Below, one piece after another: positions 11,234 to 23,160 of a stretch of DNA of 43,128 nucleotides. Position 1 is the stretch's first letter. The number at the start of each line of letters is the position of its first letter. The position numbers and the translations under genes are program-made. The notes beneath the pieces were generated by a model that had not been told where the DNA came from, made no database searches, and worked only from the letters and a program-made list of their open reading frames with translations. Source of the stretch: Psammoneis japonica (lineage: Eukaryota); contig QPGO01000189.1 of the NCBI GenBank assembly GCA_008632985.1, positions 62,001 to 105,128 of the forward strand. Reading direction: 5' to 3'.

Positions 11234-13078
11234 ATGATGGAGGAAAAACACAGTGAAGATATGGAGCCACGTCGCAAGAGGTGGAAGTCGGGCATGGGCG
11301 AGCTCGTTGACGTTGCGTTTCAGCATTATCGAAAGTACACAAAAAGTGATGACGATGTCTCGGAGCTTGTGAAGCTGGTTGAAATAGCTGAACCACTTGT
11401 GCATCCCATCACCAAGTCCGTCCAACAAGTATCGAGCAAGGAAGATCTGCTTCCGATATTGATCAGTGTCGCGAGTCTTGTGCTTGCAGAGGATGCCGTG
11501 AACGGATTCTTTGTGGACGGCAACATCGACCAAGTCGAGAAGCATACCGAAAAATGCCTCACTTTCTTTTCCAAGAATGCGGCGGCATGGGTAATGGGAG
11601 CTAACTTTGCTCGCATGACGGCACGTTTGAGTGCGCATCAACTTGTGGCCTGGTATGAGAATGCTGCTGATTGTGCTGTAGAAGTGCGGGAGGCCGCATT
11701 AACTCTCCTTGACGACACCTCGATTGAGGACGATGTTAAAGAGTGGATTGAAGTCCTACTGCTCAATAAGGTGGTGGAGTCCGAACGACTTGGGTTCTCC
11801 GGTGAAGCTAGTTCGAGCTCTGAATCAAAGAGCGATGGTATTGACGAGATGGAGTGGACAGAATCGTGCGTTGAAGCCACAGCACGTTTGATGACCGCCA
11901 TGCTTCCGTCTATTGCGGGCGACCATGCCACTGCACTTGTAAGCTTGAAGCGTTTCGCTCTGACGCATCGCTTGCACCCAAACATGTGGGAAAATAAATC
12001 CGAAACAGCCTCTGAGGACGTGCATGCAAATAACACATCGGAACCTTCTACCTATTGCCGTGAAGGGGGGCTGCTCCCGAGCATATTGTACCATCAATTG
12101 TGCAGAATATTTGCACCATCCGCGCCTTACTGGGAGGAGAGTGACCATGCAAATCGGGGATACTACTCATTCTTTAGAGAAATTCCTGCACAGAATGAAA
12201 GGCCAGCTAATCTGATGGATGACGTTGTTTTCAATTACCTTCTTCCGCTGGCTAAGCAACATCTAGATGAAGAGACGGCAAAGAAGATTTGCGGGTATGA
12301 ATGGCGCGTGAAGACGCATGCCACGGACGATGATCTTGGCAGTAACTTGCGTTTCGAGTACGATAATGCGTTGAACGGCCTCACCAAAGGGGACCGATAC
12401 CCGATTCTGTCATCTGTCTTGTACCTCACAGGCCAAAACACTGGAGGATCCACCGTTATGCTAGACCAAACTCAGGGGTCGATAGCAAGTGCTCGACATG
12501 GATGGTCCAGCCCTTCCATAGACAATAGCTACCTCGTTTTCAAAGGCGATCTGCTTCGAGGCACGCTTCCGACTAACCCTTCCATGACGTCTACCAAAGG
12601 CCTGATGACGCAGACAACTCTCACGAAGCGTCAGCTACTCAACGTTGCCGACTTGTGGAAGGCACCGTCAGACGATGCCACAAAACCGCTTCCTAACAAT
12701 CTTGCATTGATGATTGGGTTTTGGACTCATGATGTACCTAAACATCTTGAAAAGCCCCCTGAGGTGTACACATCTTGTGGACCACTGCCTCCTGAATCTG
12801 TGTCTTGGGTTCAAGCTCTGAAACATGGATATGAGAGTGAAACACGGGACATGTGTAGCCCGCTGTCACGTCCTGTTGCGAGTCAACCTGCCGTGACAAG
12901 AACACGGTTGCAAAGGGTGCAACCAGCTTGGGAAGAAGTGGATTCGACTTGCTCATCTACTATGGATGAAGAAATTTCTACCGCTTCTGGGTATCTAAAA
13001 GTGCCGAAGAAGTTTAGCAATCGATTCTTTTTCCAGACAGAGGAGAATGAAACGGCGGAGCAGAAGGATTCGAATTAA
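11234..13078 (+). CDS. Protein with a degenerate C-terminal 2OG-Fe(II) oxygenase-like domain
   Basis: Long intact ORF; GYEWRV..LRFEYD..YPILSSVLYL..GGSTVMLDQ..NSYLVFKGDLLRGTLP..LMIGFW follows the order of oxygenase motifs (recognised from memory), but Arg stands at the expected His positions. Confidence 0.6.
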   Translation: MMEEKHSEDMEPRRKRWKSGMGELVDVAFQHYRKYTKSDDDVSELVKLVEIAEPLVHPITKSVQQVSSKEDLLPILISVASLVLAEDAVNGFFVDGNIDQVEKHTEKCLTFFSKNAAAWVMGANFARMTARLSAHQLVAWYENAADCAVEVREAALTLLDDTSIEDDVKEWIEVLLLNKVVESERLGFSGEASSSSESKSDGIDEMEWTESCVEATARLMTAMLPSIAGDHATALVSLKRFALTHRLHPNMWENKSETASEDVHANNTSEPSTYCREGGLLPSILYHQLCRIFAPSAPYWEESDHANRGYYSFFREIPAQNERPANLMDDVVFNYLLPLAKQHLDEETAKKICGYEWRVKTHATDDDLGSNLRFEYDNALNGLTKGDRYPILSSVLYLTGQNTGGSTVMLDQTQGSIASARHGWSSPSIDNSYLVFKGDLLRGTLPTNPSMTSTKGLMTQTTLTKRQLLNVADLWKAPSDDATKPLPNNLALMIGFWTHDVPKHLEKPPEVYTSCGPLPPESVSWVQALKHGYESETRDMCSPLSRPVASQPAVTRTRLQRVQPAWEEVDSTCSSTMDEEISTASGYLKVPKKFSNRFFFQTEENETAEQKDSN

Positions 13079-14017
13079 TCTTTGATGATGTTGGGTCAGT
13101 ATATTACTATTGCATCTAGTTGCGTGCATTTTTACTTTCAAAGGAATATCCTTCACAGTCCTTACTCTGCAGTAGTAGAGAAAATGTCAGCCATTCGTGT
13201 GTGGAGCTCTATGATGCGTCTTGATGCATGAAGGCTCGAAAGAATCAAATTGTACCACATAGGCTTTAGAGAGCGGAGCCTTTGGAATCGTGGGAAGGGA
13301 TACAGCAACAATAACCCATCACACAAGAGCGATGAAAGGAAGAGAACAACAAAGAAATGGACGGGAAATGGAGTCTGGAGCGCACAATGTGTTTTCCTGG
13401 AGTCATGAATGTTCCGTCTTGTCATTGGGGAGTTTCTTTCAGTTCAGCACAGTGCCGGCAGCAACGAGGAATAACAAAGACGTCGTAATGAACAGCGAGA
13501 AGCAGCATGTCCTGCTGGCATGCGATCGAGAGCAGAGAACATCGTCTTCGACAGCTGTCTTAATCAGACACACTGTCACGTGCCGGCAGGCAGCTACACT
13601 TTGTTTCCGAATTCCCTGCAGTACTTCACAAACTCAATTTTGTCGTAGATGAAGTACACCTCATGGAAATCAAGACATGCTAGCTCCTTTTGGACCTCTG
13701 CTTCTTCCCCAATGCCAAAGACACACAATGTTTCAACTCGAAAGCTGTCAAAAGGCAACTGGTCAAGGTCTGTGGCAAAGAACTCATCTCTGCAATCATC
13801 ACTGAACACTGTTGACTCTGTGATTTTAACAGTGTGTCTCGGGCAAGAGGGCCAAGAGCTTCAATGATGGACCAGACAGGGTCTCAGATGTGGCTCAACA
13901 AGGGTCCCTCATGAATCTTGGAGTGCAAGAAGGCTGATTGCCAAAGGGGACAAGGGTCAAGGAGGGCATGGTGCCAACCACAGAGGGGCAGGTGGAGTGG
14001 CAAACATCTTGCAGGAA

Positions 14018-14198
14018 TGGACAAACACTGCCATGACAGCCAAGAATTGAGTGACAGATGAGACTGAGAGCAGCATCAGCAGGATCCAGATTTTTGAGAG
14101 TTGTGTGCAATGATGGGTCCACTGATCTGGTGACAGTGGACTGATCACCAACAGCAAACAACTGCCCACATTTGTGACAGTGCATCGGCATTTGTTCA
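14018..14198 (-). repeat. 3' LTR (181 bp) of the Copia element
   Basis: Minus strand starts TGAACAAA and ends TTTGTCCA (imperfect terminal inverted repeat); preceded by purine tract AAGGGGAC; aligns with 17232-17420. Confidence 0.85.
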
Positions 14199-14206
14199 GT
14201 CCCCTT
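14199..14206 (-). other. Polypurine tract of the Copia element
   Basis: AAGGGGAC immediately 5' of the 3' LTR TG on the minus strand. Confidence 0.65.
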
Positions 14207-14342
14207 GAGCTGACACTGGCTCCACTTGAGTCAGATTGACAGAAAACTGCAACCTGTTGCTGCCCTGTTCCAGGGTGGTTTTGTTGTGAGGATGAAGCTG
14301 CACCCGTGCAACAAACTCATTTGGCTTGTCCTCTTTTGGGAC

Positions 14343-16149
14343 TCACCACAAGACATGAGTTGTGATTTCCTGGAGCTTTGGCCCATGCAACAACTCAGCC
14401 AGTTCACCTGCTAGATTTGTGCATCCATCCTCCCAAGCAATGAGCCCGATTCCTGCAGCTTGCACTTCATGGGTCCTGTGATGCACGACCACATCATTGT
14501 GCTTCTTCTTCAACACAGACTCCAGCCCAGTTGAGTTCTTGAAGACAGCTTCATTTTCACAAAAGACATTGGTGGCCCCATCCAGGAGAATTCCCAGCAT
14601 TCAAAGCTTGCAACACAAGCCTTTGATTGCTCTGCTCCACTGCAGTCTTCATTGCCATGAACCATGACCCAAAAAATGGACAACTCCATGGCATTCTGCC
14701 ATCTAGAGCAACACAAAATGGGCACTCACTGGATGAGTTACAGGGTCGTGGTGTGGGACCTGCAGATCACACAGCATCTCTGGTGTCATTTTGTTGACAA
14801 AGCAAGCAGTTGTCATGCTGTTCCCACATGTCTCTGGAACATTTGGTGGCAATGGTTCAGCCACACCAGGGCAATGTTCTTTCCAATGGCTTTTGGCAAA
14901 TTGACTCTTGTCAAAGATTGGCTCAGTGTTGTCAAACACTGATGGTGCATGCTTTGAATGAGCCTTTAAGTGCATGAAGACATGGAGCACCTCACCCAGG
15001 TGTCCAACTTGTGGTGCCACAAGGCAGGATGACACAAGAGAGATGGCAACAAAGATGTCAATCTGCCCAAGCTCTGCCACCCACCTGAGCACTCCAACAA
15101 GACACCTTGATGGCAATTCACCATTTTGGTGTTCAACTCCAGCAAACTGTCCAGTTCAGGCCTGCACCCTGAGCTCAAGGGTGTCAGCACCTTTGTCAGA
15201 AGGCATCTGTCAGTTTTTTTAAGCTCCAGCTCAACATCTGCTGATGCCCTTTTGATGTGCAAGTCAGAGAACATGGCGCAGCATGTCTTGTCATCCATGT
15301 CAGACAACTGACGCTTTCCAATTTGGGCTCCTGGATGCTTCTTCTCCAGTTTGCAGACACGATTGCTTCTGTCCTTCAATGTGCACCTGGAGCTCACAAA
15401 GTCCACATGACTTTCTGAGGGTCATGGGAGACACATGATAAATTGTCTGCATGCACAAGTGCATGTTCCCAGTGCTTGAAGCCATCCAGCTTCACTGCGG
15501 GTTGTTGCATCCAAGTGTCTGGATCAGCCTTGCATGACTCAAATCTCCTGTGCCATGAAAAGAGTTTCCACCACATCCTCCCCAATTGTGCACCTGACAA
15601 CTTGAGACCACACAAGGCTTGGACTGTGACAACTGGCCTCCCTTCACTCTGCTCACCAAGTTCTAGCCCAGCAGCAGCACAACGCTTTTCATCAGTGTGT
15701 GCATTCAGACAGGCGTTCTGCACATCTGCACTCAGGACCTCCAGGTTGCACAGAGCAGCAACAGCAAAAGTCATCATCCTCATGTGGTCACATGACACTG
15801 CATTGAAATGAGCAAATTCTTTGGGTGGATCAATTTGGTGGCCTCCAGCCATGAATCTTGCTTTGCATTGGAGAGCACTCTTGATGTCAAAGACCATGTG
15901 ACAATTGATGTGTTTGCACCCAACTGGTGCAGCGCGGTTGTCTTGGAACTCAAACACAGGCATGACATTGTGCACTCCCTTCTCATTTGCTTTGAACCAG
16001 AAATTGGTCCCTGTTCTGTTGTCTGTTTCCACAGCATCCTCAACAGACTTTGGGAGCTCAATTTCAAACTTGTGCATCTGTTGCCAATGATGTGACTTGA
16101 CCTCCTTCACAGGATCCTGGTCCTGCAATGCAGTGTGTCTTGGACCCAC
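14343..16149 (-). pseudogene. Decayed Copia reverse transcriptase and RNase H
   Basis: HKFEIELPKSVEDA, CHMVFDIK..KARFMAGGH, DVQNACLNA, ALCGLKLSGA, SCKADPDTW, EHALVHADN (YVDD equivalent at 15442-15453), GVLRWVAELGQIDI, VFCENEAVFKNST..LKKKH; several frameshifts and stops. Confidence 0.92.
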
Positions 16150-16381
16150 CAGTTAAATGCTGGTTCAGTGTCTCATGCAGTCTGTGGCTGACATCTCTGC
16201 AGCAACTGCTTCATGTTCCCTGATGAGGCAGACAATGTGGGCTCCCACCATGGCAATGGATGGTGGCACAGCTTGGTCTCATGTGACTCTTGGAAGGCAG
16301 GGCAATCACAGAGGTGCTTGAGCTCCACAGCACCCCAGGAGTCATCATTGGAATTCATTGATTTCAACTGCTCCAATTCTG

Positions 16382-16708
16382 TCAACCTCTCTGTCTGCTT
16401 GGTGATGATGTCACCAGCAAAAGCAGCATGTGCAGGAGCTTGGTTGCAAGCTTGCCTGCAATCTTCTCTGCCCATGCACACAGAGCCTTGAACTTCTGGT
16501 TGGCTGGGGATGGAAACTGCATCTGAGGGCTGGCAGCAGGATCCAGAGCCTTCATGACACATTTCAACATTTCATTGATTTTGGTCAGAGGAACCTGCTC
16601 CATGTCCTCAACAGCAGCAAAGCCTTGCAAGGCAATGATGCACTGCCTGGTCTGGTTGTTGTGTTCACAGCACGTGAGAGTGGCTGCAACGGCTGTGCCA
16701 GCAGCCAT
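16382..16708 (-). pseudogene. Decayed gag N-terminal fragment of the Copia element
   Basis: Position downstream of 5' LTR/PBS; IIALQGFAAVEDM..INEMLK..QKFKALCAW resembles diatom Copia gag starts (recalled, not searched). Confidence 0.5.
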
Positions 16709-17218
16709 GGGTGGTGTCTCAAAACATCATTTGCATTTCAACACATGAGCATCCACTTGTGTGAGTGGAGAAATTGTGAGAATTGTGCGGTGTCAGATCA
16801 CTTCAGCAAACCCTGCTGGCAAACCTGCAAGCATGCTGGGTCACTGTTTTGTGTTGCACAGCATTTGGTGCAACACACACAATGCAACATTTGACACAAA
16901 ACCAATGATCAAGTGACTGGCACATGTCCTCATGTCCAACATTCTTGGCATGTCAATGTGCTGTGCCTGCACAAATGTTTGCATGACTCAGCCAGCATGT
17001 CACACTCATGTGATCAAACATGTTGCACTCCAACAACATGTCCAACAGATCACTGCTTTGGCTCATTGCAGCATTTGGTTCATGTTCATGAATGCAAACA
17101 CATGCAAAAAGAATTCCGTGATTGCACAAGCAACCATGGAACCAACATGGCACTTGCTGCAAAAATTGACAAACAATGCCGTTGCACTGCTCACAAAGCA
17201 AAAACATCACAGTGCTGT

Positions 17219-17228
17219 GGCTCTGACA
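17219..17228 (-). other. Putative primer-binding site (initiator tRNA-Met type)
   Basis: TGTCAGAGCC three bases after the 5' LTR; one TAT-to-TGT change from the TATCAGAGCC core of the Copia PBS. Confidence 0.6.
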
Positions 17229-17231
17229 AAG

Positions 17232-17420
17232 TGGACAAATGCCACCATGACAACTGAGAATCAGGTGACAGACAAGTTCAAGAAGAGTTGAACAACATCA
17301 ACAGGTTCCAGAATTGTGAGAGTTCTGTGTGCTGCTGGGTCCACTGCATTGGCAACAGTGGACCAATTGCCAACAGCAAACAACTGCCTGTGTTCATGAC
17401 AGTGTGGCAGCATTTGTTCA
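17232..17420 (-). repeat. 5' LTR (189 bp) of the Copia element
   Basis: Same termini as 14018-14198 and colinear alignment over the whole length. Confidence 0.85.
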
Positions 17421-17507
17421 AGAAGATGAGAGGGCAAAGCTTCTGAGGAGCAGGAGGGTGAGTCAGGAGGAGGGGGGGCAATTGGGTGGATTGGCCATTT
17501 GTGTGTT

Positions 17508-17530
17508 AGAGAGAGAGAGAGAGAGAGAGA
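17508..17530. repeat. (AG)n microsatellite
   Basis: Seen directly. Confidence 0.85.
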
Positions 17531-18910
17531 AGATTTGCAAGAGGAGAGAGCAGGCAGGGGAGGGCCTGTTTTTGAAGGTTGGGATGGGTGAGAAGGTGAG
17601 GTGGCAGATTTTGCTTGTGATGACAGAGGCAGGCACACTTGTCAAGGCCATCAAAATCACAGTCTGCAACAGCAAAACAGTGGGTCACAACAAGAAGAGT
17701 TGTGCTGCTGGAGCAGAGAGAGAGGGAGCCAGGAGCCAGGAGCCAGCAGATGGTGCAAAGACACAGAGAGGAGCAAAGGTTGGACCAGGTGGAGAGGACA
17801 ACAGATCAATGGGGTGGCAGGAAAAATTTGCAAGGAATCTCCAGCCAGCTGCTGGCTGAAGAATTTTGCATGGAATTTGTGTTGGAAAAATCTGTCAATC
17901 AGTGCATTTGGGGGTTTCGATGAATGCAGGACAGACTAAAAAATTGTCATTTTCATGCTAAAAAATTGTGCCCAAACATGCTGACAAGCAGATTTTTCCT
18001 GCCAGCAACCAGCCAGAGATGCTCCCCAAATTGTCAATTCTTGCCCACTGAAGGAAGCTCTGTGCTCAGCCAGGTGAAGAGAGTGGGCAAAGGAGACAAG
18101 GAAAAGTGCTTGGACAGAAGAAGCAGAATGTCATGGCAGCTCCCTGGCACCACCAAGGGAAGCCAGGAGGTGAGCAGCAAGCTGGCTGGGCAGCAGCTGG
18201 AGCAAGAAGAGATGTGGTGGAAGGGTGTGTGAAAGCAAGTGCAGGGAATGGCAAATGATGACATCAGAAAAGGTTGAGGCCCAATGAAAGAGGTTGGGCT
18301 GTTCTTGGAGGAAAACTTGCAACAGACACATTGGCAGAGAGGATGCAAGCACCAACAAAACAACACATTGGCTGAAGAGGGCAATTGGGATCAGTTTGTC
18401 AGCTGGCAGGCAGGCTGTGATGTGGAAGAGGTCTTGAGTGAAGGAGTCAGCCTGGGCAGAGAGAGGAGGCAGAGTGGAGGTGAATTCAGAAGAGCTGACA
18501 GGCTGGCCAAGAAAATGGATGACAACAAGTCTTTGCTCTTGACAAGAAGGTCAACCAACAAGAAACAAAACTTTTGCACCTGTGGTTGCACTCTCTGCAG
18601 GCATCATGATTTTTCAAAAGTCATCCAAGGTGGGGTCACTGCAACTGCAATTCTGAATGTGGCAGCAGCATTGTCCGAAATTGCAGTTTGGGTTGACCGT
18701 TGATTTTTCCAGTGGCCATGGACCTGCAATGTTTTGCTTTGTGGCACAGCATCTTGTCCAGAATTGACCCATTTGGTTGGAAGAGCTTCACCAGCTCAAT
18801 TGCCCATTGCATGTTTTGCAGTGTTCCTGCTGCAGCATTTGTCCCTTTGTTGAGTTGGGCACCACCACACAACTCAGCCACCAATCCACTGTTTCCATGA
18901 CAATGGCTTG

Positions 18911-18928
18911 CCCCCCCCCCCCCCCCCC
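18911..18928. repeat. C18 homopolymer
   Basis: Seen directly. Confidence 0.85.
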
Positions 18929-20038
18929 ATTGCAACCCACTGTGTCCTTGTCTGACAACAATGAAAGACACTCTTTTCAAATTGAAACTCCACTTGCATC
19001 AATTTGTGCTCCAGAGCCCAGTTTACAATCACAAGCATCTCCTGCAATGACTGTGTCATCATTTGATTCCTGTCTCCTGTCATCATTCATGCTTCCTGTT
19101 GCCATGAATGCTGGCCAACTGGCTTGACCTTGTCATCACATCACAATTTGACAAATTTCAACATTGACCTGGGTTGCAGTGTGGGTCAATCTGCCCTTCA
19201 TTTGGCATCACTTGGAAGCTGCCAATTGACAACAAACACACCTCAAACACCTTTTGGAATGCCAAGTCATTTGGGGCCACATGTTTGTGATTTGATTTTT
19301 TCTGTGCTTGCACATTGCACTCTGTTTGATGTGCAGCAGATTTCTGCCAGTGAGCACCACCAAACTGTGCCCACTGTCTGTGCATCTCTGCCCCTTGTTG
19401 CTCTGTGAACACGCCAGTTTTGTCTCTTGCAGGAGATTGCAGAGGGTTGCTTGGATGCCTTCCTTGCCCAAGTGCCAGTGTCAAGTGGCTTGTCTGAGAG
19501 AAGGACAAGCATTCTGCATGCACCCAGACTGCATGAGTGACAGTTGCAACCAAGGCTTTGGTGACAAAATCTCATTTGACTTGAGACTTTGTGTGCAAAG
19601 GGCAGCATGGATGATTGGCAACACAACACATTGCAGCAGCTGTGTCATCAACAAGATTGGCAGTGAAGACCTCTCAACAACATTGCAATGAAAGCTTGCT
19701 CTTGACAACTTGTTGCAGCAGAAAAGCTTGACAAGTGGTGCGCACAGTCAACGAAGCTCAATTTTGCATTCTGACTCACATCCCAGCCAATCATCCCATG
19801 AAAGATCTGTTTTTGCTTGAACTTTAGATCAGGATGAAATGGAAGATGGCTTGCCTGCTTGATGCAGCTTCATGCTTCTGACAAAGAGAAACTTGTTTCA
19901 AAAATGCTGCTTCAAATCCTCTGACACTCCACCCCAGTGCATTGCTTTTTTAAGCTTCACCAACCTGCTGCCATTTGGCAATCAAACCTTTGAACAAGTC
20001 ACTCTGGAGTTTGGAAACCCAAGTCTGCTGTTGATCAA

Positions 20039-20805
20039 CCTTGCAGTGCTCCATCAACTGCAGTTCTTAAAGTGTCTCATGCACCTGGGGTGCACCAGAT
20101 TCCACCAGCATGCTCAGCTTTCAGCTGTTGGGTTGGTTGGCACTGCCATGTGGTTCTTCATCATGGAGTTGGAAAATTCAAGTCTGCTGCTGCCAAGGAC
20201 AAGGTGACATGGAGCCACAACCACACAAGAAAGTGCCACAAGATGAACCTTGCCATGCTCAACCACAGCTCTTAAAGTCTCACCTGGGGTGCATCAGACA
20301 CTGCCAATGTCCTCAGCTTTCAGTTCTTGTTGGATTGGCTGGCACCACCATGCAGTTCTTTTGCTGTGGAGTTGGGAAGTTTGAGTCCAATGGTGCAGGA
20401 CAAGGTGACATGGGGTCACAACCACACAAGACAGGCCTTGCAATGCTCAACCACAGTTCTTAAAGTCTCACCTGGGGACCTCCACACTGCCAGTGTCCTC
20501 AGCTTGCAGTTGTTGGATTCATTTTAGATTGTCTTCATGTTGGGTGCTGTGCATTGTGCCACACAAAAAAATGTGCACGTGTTGCTGTGGCAAAGAGTTG
20601 AGTCTGGCTGCTGTTGGAGACAAGATGACATGTGGCCCCATGACACCACAAAATCAACCTTGCAATGCTCGACCACATCTCCCAAAGTCCAACCTGGGGT
20701 CCACCAGACAGTGCCAGTGTCCTCAGCTGGCAGTTGTTTGGTTGGTTGGTGCCATCATCATGGAACCCTTGCACTCTGGAGTTGGGAAGTTCAAGTCTGC
20801 TGACA
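20039..20805. repeat. Diverged tandem repeat, four units of about 190-220 bp (starts about 20039, 20248, 20436, 20658; last unit partial)
   Basis: Recurring CCTTGC(A/C)(A/G)TGCTC..AAAGT..ACCTGGGG..CTCAGCT in all units, with GGAGTTGG and GACAAG(G/A)TGACATG in most. Confidence 0.85.
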
Positions 20806-23132
20806 CTCCATTTTTTGCCATTTTTTTGTTTCTTGGAACTCAGACAAGTTGACAAAAACAGCCAAGGACAAGAAACAAAGTGATGCAACATCACACACAG
20901 GTGACCAGAAACAACAGCATTCTGCAATGCTTGCCAAAGACATTGTTCCAAACTGACAACTTCTCTGTTGTCTTGTGCCAGGGATTGCTGTTGTCTCTTG
21001 CAATGCCCACAATGCCAATGCAGCCAAAAACATCAAGATGTTGGACAGACTGCAGAGACAATGGGGCTGACAATGGGGCAGTGGCTCAAAGAACAAAGGG
21101 AGCAAAGGCAGTGGAATGAGAGCATGGAATGTGAGAGCATGCATCAAATGACAAAAATGCCAGGGCAGAAAGCAAACATCATTGGAAACCAGAATTGCAG
21201 TGCACACCTGTTGATGACAAGAATGAACAAATCAAGAAATTGTCGGTGTGCTCCAGCCAATGAACAACAACAACCAATGAGATCAGCGTGTGCATGTGTG
21301 CACAGAGTCAAACCATGCTTCATTCATTGTTGTTCCCCACTTTGCCAGTTTGGCAAACAACCAACACACTCCAACATTTGTGAGTGTGGGATGGTGGTGC
21401 TGTCCACAACCAACTTGTCATTGCCAAGCATGCAACTGGTGTCATGGATTGGGGCTCAAAAAGGGCACTCTGTGGTGCACAGGTCAGTGATCTGAGTGTG
21501 TTGACTCATTGCCATTTGAAGGTTTAGAAGACTTCACAATCCAGGCAATGAGGTGCACCAAGGGACCAAATTCATGAATCCTTGCACTGGTGGCAGACAA
21601 GCAAACTGAAGTCTGAGAAAACATCATTTTTTGTGAGCAAATTTGCAAAAATTTTTGTGACAAATCAGTCAGATTGATTGCAACAAATCACATTGATTTG
21701 TGATGAGTCAGTGTGATTTGAAATGCACAAGTGTCTGTTTTTGTCAACAAATGTCAGGGATTGCAAACCAAGACCTTGTTGACCCAACCAGCATGGCAAA
21801 AGTCAACAAGTTTGCACCCACAAAATGTTCATGTTGATGGGTGCTTTCAAAAATGCAGTTTTTGCAATGGAGTGTTGCCATGGAATCTCATGCAAACAAC
21901 AAAACAATGAAAAAATTCTGCCAATGGGTTTTCATCTGCCAAGCCACTGTCAACTCCAGTTTGCATTGGCAGATCTTGGAACAGCTCACCATGTGGCCTC
22001 CTTGTTGCCTGAGTTGTCAAGTCCTTCCTCTGCTTGCTTTTTGCAGTTCACTGCAGTTGATTTCTGTGACCAGCTCCTTGCAGAACTTGCACCATGTTTG
22101 CTCCTCTCAGCAGCCATCCCTTGCCCCTCCCTGTCATCTTGTGTCATCTCTTGCCTGTGCCTTCCTCTGCTGTGCTTTTGAGTTGCTTGCTGTGAAGTGC
22201 TTGAGTCACATCTTGTGCACTTTTTCTTCTTTGAAACAACTTCCTTTCCATGAGCTCCTCATTGGCAATGCTTTCAAGCTCACATTTGTGACATCTGTCA
22301 GAGCTGAAAGTCACTCCTCTGTCTTCTGCTCATCTCAAACCCCTGTGTCATTGGAGACAGCACAATGCTGATGCAAGTTTTCCATCTTGTTAGCAGCAAC
22401 ACCCCACCAGTGACACTTGCAGCACATTTTTTCTTGCTGTGCTTGACAAGCAGTGGTTCACTGCCAGCCACTCCTGGTTCAACCCACCTTGTTTCATTTT
22501 CATCCAGAGGAATCCCACCACACCAGCCTCACAGCACACTGTGTTGGCAAAGTCCCTGAATGTGGCAGAAAACATGTGTGCAGCTGGCTGCATGATTTCA
22601 GTGCTGTGCATGTGCATCTGTCACATGTCAAGGGATCAAGATCCCTGCCTCTTCAAGTTGTTCATTGGCCAACAACAAGGAAACTGCCAGTGCAACCAAC
22701 ACATTGTCATGACAACACCACTTTGCCTTTTTTCAATTGTGTCAGCCCCTCCTGCATGCCCAGTTGAAGCATGACAGCAGCAGCCTGTTGAACAAATCTG
22801 AAGCAACACAATGCTCCTCTGGAGAACCAGCTCAACTGCAAAAGAATGCTCTCAAGGTGCAACTGAAACCTCCATGAACACTTTGATGATCAGTGGGCTT
22901 TAGAGAGTTGGTGGCCACACTTGTTGCTGCTGGGTTGTGCATTGTCCCAGCTTCTCTTTGTGTTGTTTGCATTGTCACTGGCTCTCTGCTGCTGTGCTTG
23001 CAGGCAACCAGAGCCATCAAACACATGTGTGGTGCAAGCTGCACTGACAACTGAGCTCAAATGCAGAAATTTTTAGCAGACCCACATGTTTTTGAACTTC
23101 AACACACTTGTCACATTTTCAGGCCATTTTCA

Positions 23133-23160
23133 CCCCCCCCCCCCCCCCCCCCCCCCCCCN
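23133..23160. repeat. C27 homopolymer ending in an N (probable contig join)
   Basis: Seen directly. Confidence 0.8.

Larger units (their letters stand above)
14018..17420 (-). mobile_element. Internally deleted Ty1/Copia LTR retrotransposon (LTR-PBS-gag fragment-RT-RNase H-PPT-LTR)
   Basis: Two homologous LTRs, PBS and PPT in the expected positions, RT and RNase H remnants; no protease or integrase seen between gag and RT. No clean TSD (AGGAA vs AGAAG). Confidence 0.88.

Noticed and set aside
20039..20805. CRISPR array
   Set aside because: Long diverged units with no repeat-spacer structure, in a eukaryotic context with no cas genes.
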